From Pseudomonadota bacterium (GTDB lineage Bacteria; Pseudomonadota; Alphaproteobacteria; Rickettsiales; UBA8987): a stretch of 64,000 nucleotides of DNA. Below the pieces are notes generated by a model that did no database searches, had not been told where the DNA came from, and saw only the letters and a list, made by a program, of their open reading frames with translations. Numbering within the stretch: position 1 is the first letter of the stretch; each line of letters starts with the position of its first letter. Position numbers and translations under genes: made by a program. The stretch lies in assembly GCA_048498735.1 (NCBI GenBank), contig JBEHXK010000003.1, positions 58,147-122,146 on the forward strand. Reading direction: 5' to 3'. Positions 33,948 to 43,883 of this stretch are shown piece by piece.

Positions 33948-33977
33948 CTTATAGTTGCTCGGCATTTGATAGTCAAC
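33948..33977 (-). promoter_or_regulatory. Candidate sigma70 promoter for the 16S gene
   Basis: On the minus strand, TTGACT-N18-TATAAG lies upstream of the leader processing-stem arm. Motif-only prediction. Confidence 0.3.
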
Positions 33978-34242
33978 AACAATTTTATAAAAAATTTATA
34001 TCAACCAAAACCCGCAGAAAATCTGGCTTTCACCTATTTTTCTAACATAAAGCATTATTTTTTACCAAAACTTCTTCATGCCGGGAGGATCAGTATAACA
34101 AAATAGATGCTAAAGGCAAGGCTAAATAAGGGATAAATATTACAATTAGTTACCCCAATATCCAGCCTTACCCAGTATATAATGGATTTAACTTTTAAAA
34201 TATTTTCAATTTGTTATAATTCGCGCCACTTTGGGGGAAGTC

Positions 34243-35235
34243 ATGACGCTAATATTTGGCACGATCTGCAAAATAAATATGTCGAATTTAAACCAGAATA
34301 AAGTTCTGGATACCAAACATACTGAGGATTTTTTCAATCTTGCTGGCCTAGAGACCGAAAAGCTAACAAGAGCATATCTTACAGCTGGAGACGAATATGC
34401 CCCTTCACTTAAAATTGCCTGCGACCTAGTAAATTTAATTAAAGACCAAACTTCAGGATCTTCTCTTGAATTAAGATCTTACTGCCGGACATTGGATACA
34501 TATAAATATAACTTCCTTTATCGTGATTTTGAAGAAAAGGGTAAAGTTCAATTAAATTTTGACGATAACAAGTGGTATTATACTCACGAGGCAGATGATG
34601 CAGATAAGGCGGAACTACAACAAAGAGCAGGAATATTAAATTCTATAACCTCGGGATTGGATAGTCTGCTAATGCTGGCTATTGCTCATGAAAGTAATAA
34701 AGAAAATAACTACTATAAATATATCCACAAACAGTCTTTCACAGAAGAATTTTATTTGAGCGATGCCAAAAAAGATACTTTAAAATTATGTATGGATTAT
34801 TTGGTCAGCAGACATAATGGTGAAAATAATCTAGAAGAAAATAATCTTAATGATTACAAAACCTACTTTCTGGTAAAAACCTTATGCCAGAAGGCTCTGG
34901 CTTTAAGAGTTTTTTCTGTCCATACCGGTGACAATCATGAAATTCACAAAGGTCTTACGAATATCGATGAGGCCTTTATGATCGGCACTTGTAGAGGGCC
35001 TTTTCTTGCAGAATTGAACCGCAGAGAAACATGCATTGACGAGGCCGTGATCAATGCCATGAGACCTGACACGAATGGCAAAAACATAGATCATATTTTA
35101 AATGCTGCTGCCAGCGCTACTAATGCATTTGCTTCATTTAATAACTCTTTTAGAAATATTCTGAAAGACTCTTATAATCAGTTTGAGTTGTCAGATGCCG
35201 GTGTTGAACTTGCATCTGTAAGAGGAAGACGATAG
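34243..35235 (+). CDS. Hypothetical protein (AT-rich orphan upstream of 16S)
   Basis: ATG at 34243 is preceded by GGGGGAAG. ~330 aa with no signal peptide and no recognisable domain. The C-terminus ends VELASVRGRR. Confidence 0.55.
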   Translation: MTLIFGTICKINMSNLNQNKVLDTKHTEDFFNLAGLETEKLTRAYLTAGDEYAPSLKIACDLVNLIKDQTSGSSLELRSYCRTLDTYKYNFLYRDFEEKGKVQLNFDDNKWYYTHEADDADKAELQQRAGILNSITSGLDSLLMLAIAHESNKENNYYKYIHKQSFTEEFYLSDAKKDTLKLCMDYLVSRHNGENNLEENNLNDYKTYFLVKTLCQKALALRVFSVHTGDNHEIHKGLTNIDEAFMIGTCRGPFLAELNRRETCIDEAVINAMRPDTNGKNIDHILNAAASATNAFASFNNSFRNILKDSYNQFELSDAGVELASVRGRR

Positions 35236-35340
35236 TTAAGCACAATGCCATTTCCTTATCCTGACCCAAAGATTTCTTGCATTCCCTGAATAATATCTTA
35301 TTCATTCCTGCAGAAATATTAGCTAAATTTCATTTATTAG

Positions 35341-37143
35341 ATGACCACAAATCTTTCAAAAATTCGAAACTTCTCGATCGTTGCACATATCGATCATGGT
35401 AAATCAACCCTTGCGGATCGCCTGATCGAATATTGCGGCGCAGTTGAAAAGCGCGAGATGCAGAGCCAGATCCTTGATTCTATGGATATTGAACGTGAGC
35501 GCGGAATCACAATAAAATCACAAACTGTTCGTTTAAATTATAAAGCCAAAGATGGCGAAACTTATGTACTGAACCTGATGGATACACCAGGCCACGTAGA
35601 TTTCGGTTATGAGGTCAGCCGCTGTCTGGCTGCGTGTGAAGGATCGCTTCTGGTTGTAGATGCCTCTCAGGGTGTTGAAGCGCAAACGCTTGCAAATGTA
35701 TATAAAGCTTTAGATGCAAATCATGAACTTGTTCCGGTTCTGAATAAAATTGATCTTCCTGCGGCAGATGTGGATCGTGTCAAAGCGCAGATCGAAGAAG
35801 TTATTGGTCTTGATACTACTGAAGCCATTCCTGCATCGGCAAAAACCGGTTTGGGCATTGAAGATATTCTTGAGGCAGTGGTAAAAAAAATTCCTCACCC
35901 GGTCGGCAGTGCAACCGAAAAACTGCAGGCCATGCTTGTTGATAGCTGGTATGACACATATCTTGGCGTGATAATTCTTGTGCGCGTGATAAACGGCACT
36001 TTGAAAAAAGGCATGCGCGTTCGCTTCATGTCTAACGGCACAGTGAATGATATTGAAAGCGTTGGTGTGTTCGCCCCTAAGAAAACTACTGTTCAACAAC
36101 TTGGCCCTGGCGAAGTTGGTTTCATTATTGCAAATATCAAACAGGTTTCTGATACTAAAGTGGGTGATACCATCACTGATGATCGTAACCCCTGCGAGAT
36201 CGCCCTGCCCGGCTTTAAACCAAGCCAACCAGTAGTATTCTGCGGCCTATTCCCCGTTGATGCAGGTGATTTTGAAGACTTAAAAGAAGCCATTGCAAAA
36301 CTTCACCTGAATGACTCTTCCTTCCATTATGAGCAGGAATCTTCCGCGGCACTGGGTATTGGATTCCGTTGCGGCTTTCTTGGCCTATTACACATGGAAA
36401 TTATTCAGGAGCGTTTAGAACGCGAATATAATCTCACTCTAATAACCACTGCACCAAGTGTACTTTATAAATTATATAAGAAAGATGGCATAGTTGTTGA
36501 TCTGCAAAACCCTGCTGATTACCCAGACCCGACCCATATCGAGAAGATCGAGGAACCATGGATCCGCGCAACCATAATGGTGCCAGATGAATATATAGGC
36601 AACATCATGGATCTCTGCATGAAAAAGCGTGGTGTGCAATTGAACCATTCTTATGTAGGCACTCGTGCGATGCTTGAATATAAACTTCCACTCAACGAAG
36701 TTGTTTTTGATTTTTATGACCGTCTGAAATCCGTTACTTCCGGTTATGCCAGCTTTGACTGGGAAATGGATGGCTATCAAGATGGTGATCTGGTTAAAGT
36801 TTCAATCCTGGTGAATGCAGAACCGGTTGATGCAATGGCTATGTTATTGCATCGCAGTCAGGCAGAAAGCCGTGGCCGTTCACTTATTGCAAAACTGAAA
36901 GAACTTATTCCCCAACAGATGTTCAAGGTAGCACTGCAGGCAGCCATTGGCGGGCGTATTATCGCACGCGAAACAATCTCAGCACTTCGTAAAGACGTTC
37001 TAGCTAAATGCTATGGCGGTGATATCACACGCAAGCGCAAGCTTCTTGATAAGCAGAAAAAAGGTAAGAAGCGCATGAAAGAGATCGGCAGTGTTGAAAT
37101 TCCACAATCGGCATTCCTTGCTGCTTTGAAAATCGATAACTAG
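35341..37143 (+). CDS. lepA: Translation elongation factor 4
   Basis: 600 aa with [33 protein letters not shown] and the LepA-specific C-terminus. Confidence 0.96.
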   Translation: MTTNLSKIRNFSIVAHIDHGKSTLADRLIEYCGAVEKREMQSQILDSMDIERERGITIKSQTVRLNYKAKDGETYVLNLMDTPGHVDFGYEVSRCLAACEGSLLVVDASQGVEAQTLANVYKALDANHELVPVLNKIDLPAADVDRVKAQIEEVIGLDTTEAIPASAKTGLGIEDILEAVVKKIPHPVGSATEKLQAMLVDSWYDTYLGVIILVRVINGTLKKGMRVRFMSNGTVNDIESVGVFAPKKTTVQQLGPGEVGFIIANIKQVSDTKVGDTITDDRNPCEIALPGFKPSQPVVFCGLFPVDAGDFEDLKEAIAKLHLNDSSFHYEQESSAALGIGFRCGFLGLLHMEIIQERLEREYNLTLITTAPSVLYKLYKKDGIVVDLQNPADYPDPTHIEKIEEPWIRATIMVPDEYIGNIMDLCMKKRGVQLNHSYVGTRAMLEYKLPLNEVVFDFYDRLKSVTSGYASFDWEMDGYQDGDLVKVSILVNAEPVDAMAMLLHRSQAESRGRSLIAKLKELIPQQMFKVALQAAIGGRIIARETISALRKDVLAKCYGGDITRKRKLLDKQKKGKKRMKEIGSVEIPQSAFLAALKIDN

Positions 37144-37218
37144 TCATATTTCCATTTGAAATATTTTATTGTGTAATTATCTAATCTGTTATACGAACCG
37201 CATATAACAGAGAAATAA

Positions 37219-37722
37219 ATGAGTATTAACTTCACTATAGCAGAAGCAAAAGTATCTGATCTTAACGATATACGCGAAATATATAACTATTACGTCCTGA
37301 ACACGCTTGCCTCGCTTGAGGAAAAACCTTCCACTTCCGAAGATATGCTGGAGCTTTATTCCATGGTTCTAAGCAAGAACCTGCCTTTTATGGTGGCAAA
37401 ATATGAGGGTAAAGTTGTTGGTTTTTGCTATGCCCAGCCATACCGCAAACGCTCAGCTTATCGCTATACAGTTGAAGAATCAATTTATGTCCATAAAGAT
37501 TACACACGCAACGGCATCGCAACCGATCTACTCATAGAAGTAATCAAACGCTGCCGCGAGGTCGGCTTCAAACAGATGGTGGCAGTTGTCATAAGTTCTG
37601 AGAATGATCAATCGATAGAATTCCATGAATCCATGGGCTTTGTTGAGATAGGTCGCCTCACCCGCATCGGCTTTAAATTCAATCAATGGGTAGATACCGC
37701 CCTTTTCCAAAAAGAACTTTAG
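37219..37722 (+). CDS. GNAT family N-acetyltransferase (phosphinothricin acetyltransferase-like)
   Basis: 167 aa with a GNAT core (RNGIATDLL...) and a PAT-like N-terminus. Confidence 0.82.
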   Translation: MSINFTIAEAKVSDLNDIREIYNYYVLNTLASLEEKPSTSEDMLELYSMVLSKNLPFMVAKYEGKVVGFCYAQPYRKRSAYRYTVEESIYVHKDYTRNGIATDLLIEVIKRCREVGFKQMVAVVISSENDQSIEFHESMGFVEIGRLTRIGFKFNQWVDTALFQKEL

Positions 37723-37777
37723 TTCTGCTTAATTTTCCTTAATATGTGTTAGCAACATATTTTGGGAATTTTTTTGA

Positions 37778-40384
37778 ATGCGTAAACTGTTCGCAATTAT
37801 CGTATTATTTTTTGGCCTGCTTTTTTCTGCAAGCTCGTTTGCAAGCCCTGCAAATCCTAATGTTGGTGAACTACAATTTATCCAGAAAGTTTCAAATCTT
37901 CTTCAGCAATATCCCTCGAATTCAGCGCAATTCATACATGATTATATTGGTGTAGACCCCAGAAAGGTTGATATGAACGCCTTTAATCATGTGATTGCAA
38001 CTCAAAATCCTGATCAAATATTCGATCACACGCTTGATCTATACCAGCATAAAGATGCCATCAATAGCGGCTACTATTCTTATGCTGATTATTATAATTC
38101 ATATTATCATATCTCCACCACTACAGCATACGCACCGGAAGCTTCCAGCGGCTCGATCCTTGGCGTTACGCCGGCTGCGGCTTATACTATCGGTGCAGTT
38201 GCTGTGCTAGGTGGTGTGGCGGCAGTTGCAGCAGGCGATGGTGGCGGCGGTGGCGGTAATTATGATGGCCCACCCCCAAGCAATTCAGGTGATGCTTTCG
38301 GTCGCGATGCGATTGCAGATACTTCAACCCCGAGCACCTTTGTTACCACTGAATTTGATGCTTATCCATATGATGCACTAAACAGGGAAAAAGCGCAATA
38401 TGCCTATGCCAAAGGCCTTACCGGGCAAGGCGTGAAGGTCGGCATATATGATTTCTTTAATTACAATTCCAATACTGCTGGTGGCGATTACACAGGCAAC
38501 GTGTCCTACAGCAAGCTCCCTGCAAACTCTGCCGCAGATGATTGCCAGGTTTTCAGCCAGACGACTTTTTGTACACATGGTGAAACAGTTGCCGCAAGGC
38601 TTGCTTCTGTTAAAAACGATAGTGGCATTCAAGGCATGGCATATAATGCCAGTCTTATGCTTGAAAGTGTATATTCCGGCACATTTGCAGATCTCACCTC
38701 CCATGGGGCAAAAGTTATCAATGTCAGTTTGGGCTGTATAGGTTCCTGCTCAGGAGAATGGTCATCCAACTTTACTGTCGCAAAATTGAATGATGCTCTT
38801 GTTACCGTTGCAACCGGTAATGATTATGCCTCAGAACCCGGTGACCCGGCTGATTTTGCCAGCAGCTATGATTATTATGTATTGGCTGTAGGCGCTATCG
38901 AAACTGATAATTCCATGACATATTCCAATAAATGCGGCACCCAGAAAAATTATTGCCTGGTGGCTTATTCACCTGATGGCACATCGTTTGCCGCACCTCA
39001 AGTTGCAGGCGCTGCAGCTATCATCCGTCAGGGCTGGCCTTTCTTAACAGCGAAACAAACCGCACAAATCCTTCTCTCCAGCGCAACTGATATTGGCGCA
39101 GCAGGTATTGATGCAACTTATGGCCACGGCGTTCTAAACCTGCAGGCTGCAGTTCAACCTATCGGCACTAACCTTGCCTTAACCGGTTCTGGCCTTGCTG
39201 TAAATTACACAAATTCCTCGGTGAATCAAAATCAGGGCTCTGCTTTTGGTAATGCTTTCACCAACCCTGGCAATGCGCATGGTGGCGTTGTAACCGTTGA
39301 TTCATTCGGTCGTGATTTCTCCGTGCCTACAAGCGATAGCACTCATGTTGTTAACAACCCTTTCCTAACGCCTGAAAAACTGCGCTCTATCGGCGAGAAG
39401 AAATCATTTGATGAAATGAAGGTCAGTGATGAAATGTCCCTGAAATTCAGTGATGGCACTGATCAGAACGGCCAGCCTGATATCATGAGTCTGGCGGAAT
39501 ATAAGGTGAATAACAATACTAAATATCGTTTGGGTTTTTCTTCAGAAGTTGATAACCTAACAACCAATGATCTGCAGAAATTCAATAAATCAAGTTTCAT
39601 TTCTTCGAATGCGTTTGATAACACCTTCCTGAAGTTCTCTGATAATAATGAGGTTATTTCCCAACAGATCGAATATTCCCTAACCCCGAAAATAACCACG
39701 CGCATCAGCAGCATTTATTCCAGAAATAACGACACCGATGATTTCCACCTGACCGAAGAACAGGTCACCAGCAATTATTCATCAAATATGTTTGAAGCGA
39801 TTTATTCTCCGACCGAATCTTTCAGCCTTGACCTGAAGAATGGTTACACGCATGAACCTGATTCCCTGCTTGGCTCAAGGTTCTATGGTTCATTCGATAT
39901 CGCAAACGGCTCTAACACATTCTTCAATGGCCTTGATATGTCCTATGATTTTGCTGAGAACTGGAATCTGTTCGGCTCTTACAACCTCGGTTTCACTAAG
40001 GCCTCGCCTTCTGCAACTTCAGCGTTCAGTGAGATTTCGAATATAGTTTCTGATAGCTTTGCGTTTGCTCTAACGCGCAGCGAAGTTTTTGGCGATGACT
40101 CTTTAAGCTTTTCAATCGCACAACCAACTCGTGTTATCTCCGGCAATGCAACGGGGCTTACGCAATCGGTTGATCAAACCACCGGTGCTGTCAGCATAAC
40201 CGGCTTCAACCAGAATCTTTCCCCTACCGGCAGAACCATGCTTTATCAATCTGCTTATGAAAAGCAGGTTAGCCCTAAACTTGGCGTTAATGTTGCTGTT
40301 GAATATGCTGATCAGCCTGATCATGATGCTTCAAAAGAAGCTGATAAGGTTGTACTTGGTAAGATCAAATATAAGCTGAACTAG
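37778..40384 (+). CDS. Subtilisin-like (S8) serine protease autotransporter
   Basis: Signal peptide. S8 catalytic context: VKVGIYD (Asp), CTHGETVAA (His), ATGND (Asn) and GTSFAAPQVAGAAAII (Ser). The C-terminal ~280 aa shows alternating beta-strand character typical of an autotransporter barrel. Confidence 0.82.
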   Translation: MRKLFAIIVLFFGLLFSASSFASPANPNVGELQFIQKVSNLLQQYPSNSAQFIHDYIGVDPRKVDMNAFNHVIATQNPDQIFDHTLDLYQHKDAINSGYYSYADYYNSYYHISTTTAYAPEASSGSILGVTPAAAYTIGAVAVLGGVAAVAAGDGGGGGGNYDGPPPSNSGDAFGRDAIADTSTPSTFVTTEFDAYPYDALNREKAQYAYAKGLTGQGVKVGIYDFFNYNSNTAGGDYTGNVSYSKLPANSAADDCQVFSQTTFCTHGETVAARLASVKNDSGIQGMAYNASLMLESVYSGTFADLTSHGAKVINVSLGCIGSCSGEWSSNFTVAKLNDALVTVATGNDYASEPGDPADFASSYDYYVLAVGAIETDNSMTYSNKCGTQKNYCLVAYSPDGTSFAAPQVAGAAAIIRQGWPFLTAKQTAQILLSSATDIGAAGIDATYGHGVLNLQAAVQPIGTNLALTGSGLAVNYTNSSVNQNQGSAFGNAFTNPGNAHGGVVTVDSFGRDFSVPTSDSTHVVNNPFLTPEKLRSIGEKKSFDEMKVSDEMSLKFSDGTDQNGQPDIMSLAEYKVNNNTKYRLGFSSEVDNLTTNDLQKFNKSSFISSNAFDNTFLKFSDNNEVISQQIEYSLTPKITTRISSIYSRNNDTDDFHLTEEQVTSNYSSNMFEAIYSPTESFSLDLKNGYTHEPDSLLGSRFYGSFDIANGSNTFFNGLDMSYDFAENWNLFGSYNLGFTKASPSATSAFSEISNIVSDSFAFALTRSEVFGDDSLSFSIAQPTRVISGNATGLTQSVDQTTGAVSITGFNQNLSPTGRTMLYQSAYEKQVSPKLGVNVAVEYADQPDHDASKEADKVVLGKIKYKLN

Positions 40385-41486
40385 TTATTTTATTCTCTGA
40401 CCACTCAGCCATGAATTCATGAAGCCCTGCAAGTCACCATCCAGCACACCTTGTGTATCAGATGTTTCATGACCTGTGCGTAAATCCTTCACCATCTGAT
40501 ATGGATGCAGCACATATGATCTGATCTGGTTACCCCAGCTATTATCTGTTTTTGATGCTTCCTGAGCTGCAGCCGCCTCTTCGCGTTTTCTCAGCTCCAG
40601 TTCATATAATCTTGCCTTTAACATTTTATACGCTTCTGCACGATTCGCATGTTGTGAACGTGAAGTTTGGCTTGATACCACAATGTTGGTTGGTATATGC
40701 GTGATACGAATAGCACTCTCTGTTTTATTCACGTGCTGCCCGCCTGCTCCTGATGAACGATATGTGTCGATGCGCAGGTCTTTTTCCTCATATTTCACTT
40801 CAATATTATCATCAACTTCCGGATATACCCAGATGCTTGCGAATGAAGTATGTCTTTTTGCATTTGAATCGAACGGCGAAATCCTAACAAGCCGGTGCAC
40901 ACCTGATTCGCTTTTCAGCCAGCCGTAAGCGTTAATGCCGGTAATGCGTAATGTTGCAGATTTTATTCCCGCTTCTTCACCCGGCAGCTCGTCGATCAGA
41001 TCAGCCTTATAACTATTGCTTTCAGCCCAGCGCAGATACATACGCATCAGCATCATTGCCCAATCACAGCTTTCTGTGCCACCTGCACCGCTATGGATCT
41101 CAATAAAAGCATTATTTGCATCGGCTTCGCCTGAGAGCAGAGACTCTATCTCAAATTTCTTGATATTCTTTTCCAGCCCGAAAATAGCCTTTTCAACATC
41201 GCCTACCATGGCCTCATCCTTTTCGCTTTCGGCCATTTCTATCAGCGTTATATTATCCTGATATTCTGCGTTCAAACTTTCATATTTTGAGAATTTCTGC
41301 TCAAGCTGGCTTTTTTCACGCATTACGCTTTGCGCCTTGTTCTGGTCATTCCACAAGCTAGGGTCTTGTGATTGCGCTTCTAATTCGGCAACGCGCGCCT
41401 TCAATTTTACCGGATCAAAGACACCTCTTGATCGTGTCCAGCGAATCATTGATGTTGTTTAATGCTATCCTGACTTCGTTTTTCAT
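40385..41486 (-). CDS. prfB: Peptide chain release factor 2 (needs a programmed +1 frameshift)
   Basis: Frame-0 leader MKNEVRIALNNINDSLDTIKRCL ends at CTT TGA (41420..41415). The +1 frame continues DPVKLKARVAELE... and carries SPF and GGQ (SGAGGQHVNKTES) motifs. Confidence 0.93.
41412..41428 (-). other. RF2 +1 frameshift site
   Basis: The minus strand reads AAG AGG TGT CTT TGA TCC: an internal SD-like AGAGGTG three nt before the slippery CUU UGA. Confidence 0.9.
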
Positions 41487-41553
41487 TGTAATTTCCTGTA
41501 TAATTGCTACTTGGATTAGACTATATTCACCTAAGCTTCGAAATATATAACCA

Positions 41554-42927
41554 ATGTCGTTCAAAGTTGCAATAATTGGAAGGCCTAACGTCGGCAAATC
41601 CACCATATTCAATCGCCTTACAGGTAAGCGCGAAGCACTCGTGCATGATAAACCCGGCCTAACGCGTGATCGCCGCGAAGGCAAAGTTAAAATGTCGGGT
41701 GAAATATTCACGCTGATAGATACCGCCGGCCTGGAAAAGGCCGAAACCGGCACGCTTGAAGAGCTGATGATGAAACAAACCAATAAAGCTATCGAAGATG
41801 CTGATGTTATTCTTATGACCATAGATGGCCGTGAGGGTGTAACTCCTCTGGATCAGCACTTTGCGCAGATTTTACGCAAATCGAAAAAGCCGATACTGAT
41901 GGTGGTGAATAAGTGTGAGAATGAAAATAAGGCGCCGGGCATCACGGAATCTTTCAAGCTTGGCTTTGGTGATCCCATTCCGGTTTCTGCCGAGCATGGC
42001 CTGGGCTTTGCCGAACTTTTTCATAGAATTTTTGATTTAAGCGAGAAGCATGGCTTTCAAGATAATGAAATCGATATGGAAAATTCACCTGTTGATCTGC
42101 AGGTGTGTATCCTAGGCCGCCCTAATGTTGGAAAATCTACGCTTTTTAACGCTTTCGTCGGCGAAGAAAGATCGATCGCATCAAGCTTTTCCGGCACTAC
42201 ACGTGATTCAATTTATTATGACATCGAATTTAACAGCAATAAGGTGAAACTTGTTGATACAGCAGGTGTTCGTAAGCGCACCAAGCGTGATGATTTTCTT
42301 GAAGAGCTTTCTGTTTCTGATTCCATGAAAGCCTTGCAATATGCCAATGTTGCCATATTTGTGCTCGATGCCACTCTAGGTATAGACAAGATGGATCTTC
42401 ACCTTGCAGGCCTTATCCTTGAGGAGGGACGCGGCATGGTGATCGCCGTTAATAAGTGGGATGCACTGGATGATCAGGAGAAAGCAATCTTCAAAGCCTT
42501 ATTACAGGAAAAGTTAGAATTCTCACTTTCTCAGGCAAAATATTGCCCGGTCATATATGCCTCTGCACTTCAGGGCGTTGCCGTAGATAAAATTCTTCAG
42601 GCTTGCCTTAATGTTTATGATGCATGGAATATGCGTATTTCAACCGGTAAGCTGAATCGCTGGTTGAAAGTTGCAGTCGAAGAAAATATCCCGCCGCTTT
42701 CAAATGGCAAAAGGGTTTCCCTGAAATATATTACTCAGGTAAAAAGCCGCCCGCCTACTTTTGCTATCTTCACCAGCAGCAATTTAAAAGAGTTGCCTGA
42801 CAGCTATCTGCGCTATTTGAAAAACAGCATGGATAGGGAATTTAATTTTAGTGGCGTGCCTATTCGTATATTCATGCGCAAGAGCAACAATCCGTTTGAA
42901 GGCAGACCAGATCGCGAAAAAGAATAA
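41554..42927 (+). CDS. der: Ribosome-associated GTPase Der (EngA)
   Basis: Two tandem GTPase domains (GRPNVGKST twice, DTAG, NKCE/NKWD) plus a KH-like C-terminus. Confidence 0.95.
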   Translation: MSFKVAIIGRPNVGKSTIFNRLTGKREALVHDKPGLTRDRREGKVKMSGEIFTLIDTAGLEKAETGTLEELMMKQTNKAIEDADVILMTIDGREGVTPLDQHFAQILRKSKKPILMVVNKCENENKAPGITESFKLGFGDPIPVSAEHGLGFAELFHRIFDLSEKHGFQDNEIDMENSPVDLQVCILGRPNVGKSTLFNAFVGEERSIASSFSGTTRDSIYYDIEFNSNKVKLVDTAGVRKRTKRDDFLEELSVSDSMKALQYANVAIFVLDATLGIDKMDLHLAGLILEEGRGMVIAVNKWDALDDQEKAIFKALLQEKLEFSLSQAKYCPVIYASALQGVAVDKILQACLNVYDAWNMRISTGKLNRWLKVAVEENIPPLSNGKRVSLKYITQVKSRPPTFAIFTSSNLKELPDSYLRYLKNSMDREFNFSGVPIRIFMRKSNNPFEGRPDREKE

Positions 42928-42929
42928 AA

Positions 42930-43802
42930 TCAGTTATTTTTTGATTCTACCGCAAGCGTGCAGACATCCATATCCAGTGCAATGTTATAAGGCTTGGATG
43001 GGCCTGAATAACAATCATTCGCACTTAGGGTTTTATCTTCATTGAAAGTTGAATACCTGCCAGTCGGGTCGTAATGATAAGAACTTATAACCCTCACCTT
43101 GCCGCGATCTGGCGCACCGTCATCAAGCTTTCCATCAATGAACTGAGCCTGTTCTGGTGTCAGCGTATCGCCAATTAAAGAATCTGCTCCACCTTCCTTG
43201 CCGTTTATATCAAGCGTAGTGCTTTTATAATCTGCATTGATACCGATTATATACCTTAAAGGGCTGGTAAGTCCTATATTACCTGTCAATGCCACTATAC
43301 CATTACCAGCTAATGACTGATAATATATGGGTGAGCAATTGTTCTTTGTAGCATCTCTATCATCTCCGCATCCAGATGGGTTAGCGTTAAACTCCTTAGC
43401 AATGAATGTTGAGTTATATAAATGTATCCAGAAATTCAGCATTTCACCTTTTATGGGAACCGGTTTTTTATAATCCGGGTAAAAAAGCGCCGCTTCAAGA
43501 AAGCCATCGCCATTACCATCAAAATCGGTTGAAGATGAAGTATAAGCCAGGTTCTTAACATTCTTTGGGCTTATATTAAGATTAAAATTATGTGCATTTG
43601 GCATATCGCCAGGCAGGAATGAATATTTCCCCTTGAACGTACCAACAGCAGAATCTATCATATTTATATTATTAACCGCACTAACCAGGGCAGATTGTTT
43701 TACCAGGTGGCGACCGGTATTAAATGCGAATATGAATATTGCAAGCAGCACTAACCCTGCAACTATGTGGATTAAAGTAAAGCCCTGTAATTTATTTTTC
43801 AT
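42930..43802 (-). CDS. Type IV pilin-like protein, paralogue with His at position +5
   Basis: The prepilin-like N-terminus is MKNKLQG|FTLIHIVAGLVLLAIFIF. It shares blocks with the upstream pilin: TFKGKYSFLPGD, GNGDGFLE, GEMLNFWIHL and LTPEQAQFIDGKLDDG. Confidence 0.62.
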   Translation of the reverse strand: MKNKLQGFTLIHIVAGLVLLAIFIFAFNTGRHLVKQSALVSAVNNINMIDSAVGTFKGKYSFLPGDMPNAHNFNLNISPKNVKNLAYTSSSTDFDGNGDGFLEAALFYPDYKKPVPIKGEMLNFWIHLYNSTFIAKEFNANPSGCGDDRDATKNNCSPIYYQSLAGNGIVALTGNIGLTSPLRYIIGINADYKSTTLDINGKEGGADSLIGDTLTPEQAQFIDGKLDDGAPDRGKVRVISSYHYDPTGRYSTFNEDKTLSANDCYSGPSKPYNIALDMDVCTLAVESKNN

Positions 43803-43821
43803 TCTTGTAGGTTATGTTATT

Positions 43822-43856
43822 TGAAACAAAAAACCCAGGCATTTCTACCTGGGTTC
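43822..43856 (-). terminator. Rho-independent terminator after the major pilin-like gene
   Basis: The minus strand reads AACCCAGG-UAGAAAUG-CCUGGGUU followed by UUUUUGUUUC. Confidence 0.7.
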
Positions 43857-43883
43857 TTTTATCGTATCAACTTGAGTCAGATA

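Noticed and set aside
33708-33965. 85-aa minus-strand ORF upstream of 16S.
   Set aside because: It spans the 16S leader, including the processing-stem arm at 33862..33882, and its start overlaps the candidate rRNA promoter. The composition is low-complexity and there is no SD. It is most likely non-coding leader.
41415-41822. 135-aa minus-strand ORF antisense to der.
   Set aside because: Only its last 23 codons are real, as the frame-0 leader of prfB. The rest is antisense to the well-supported der gene.
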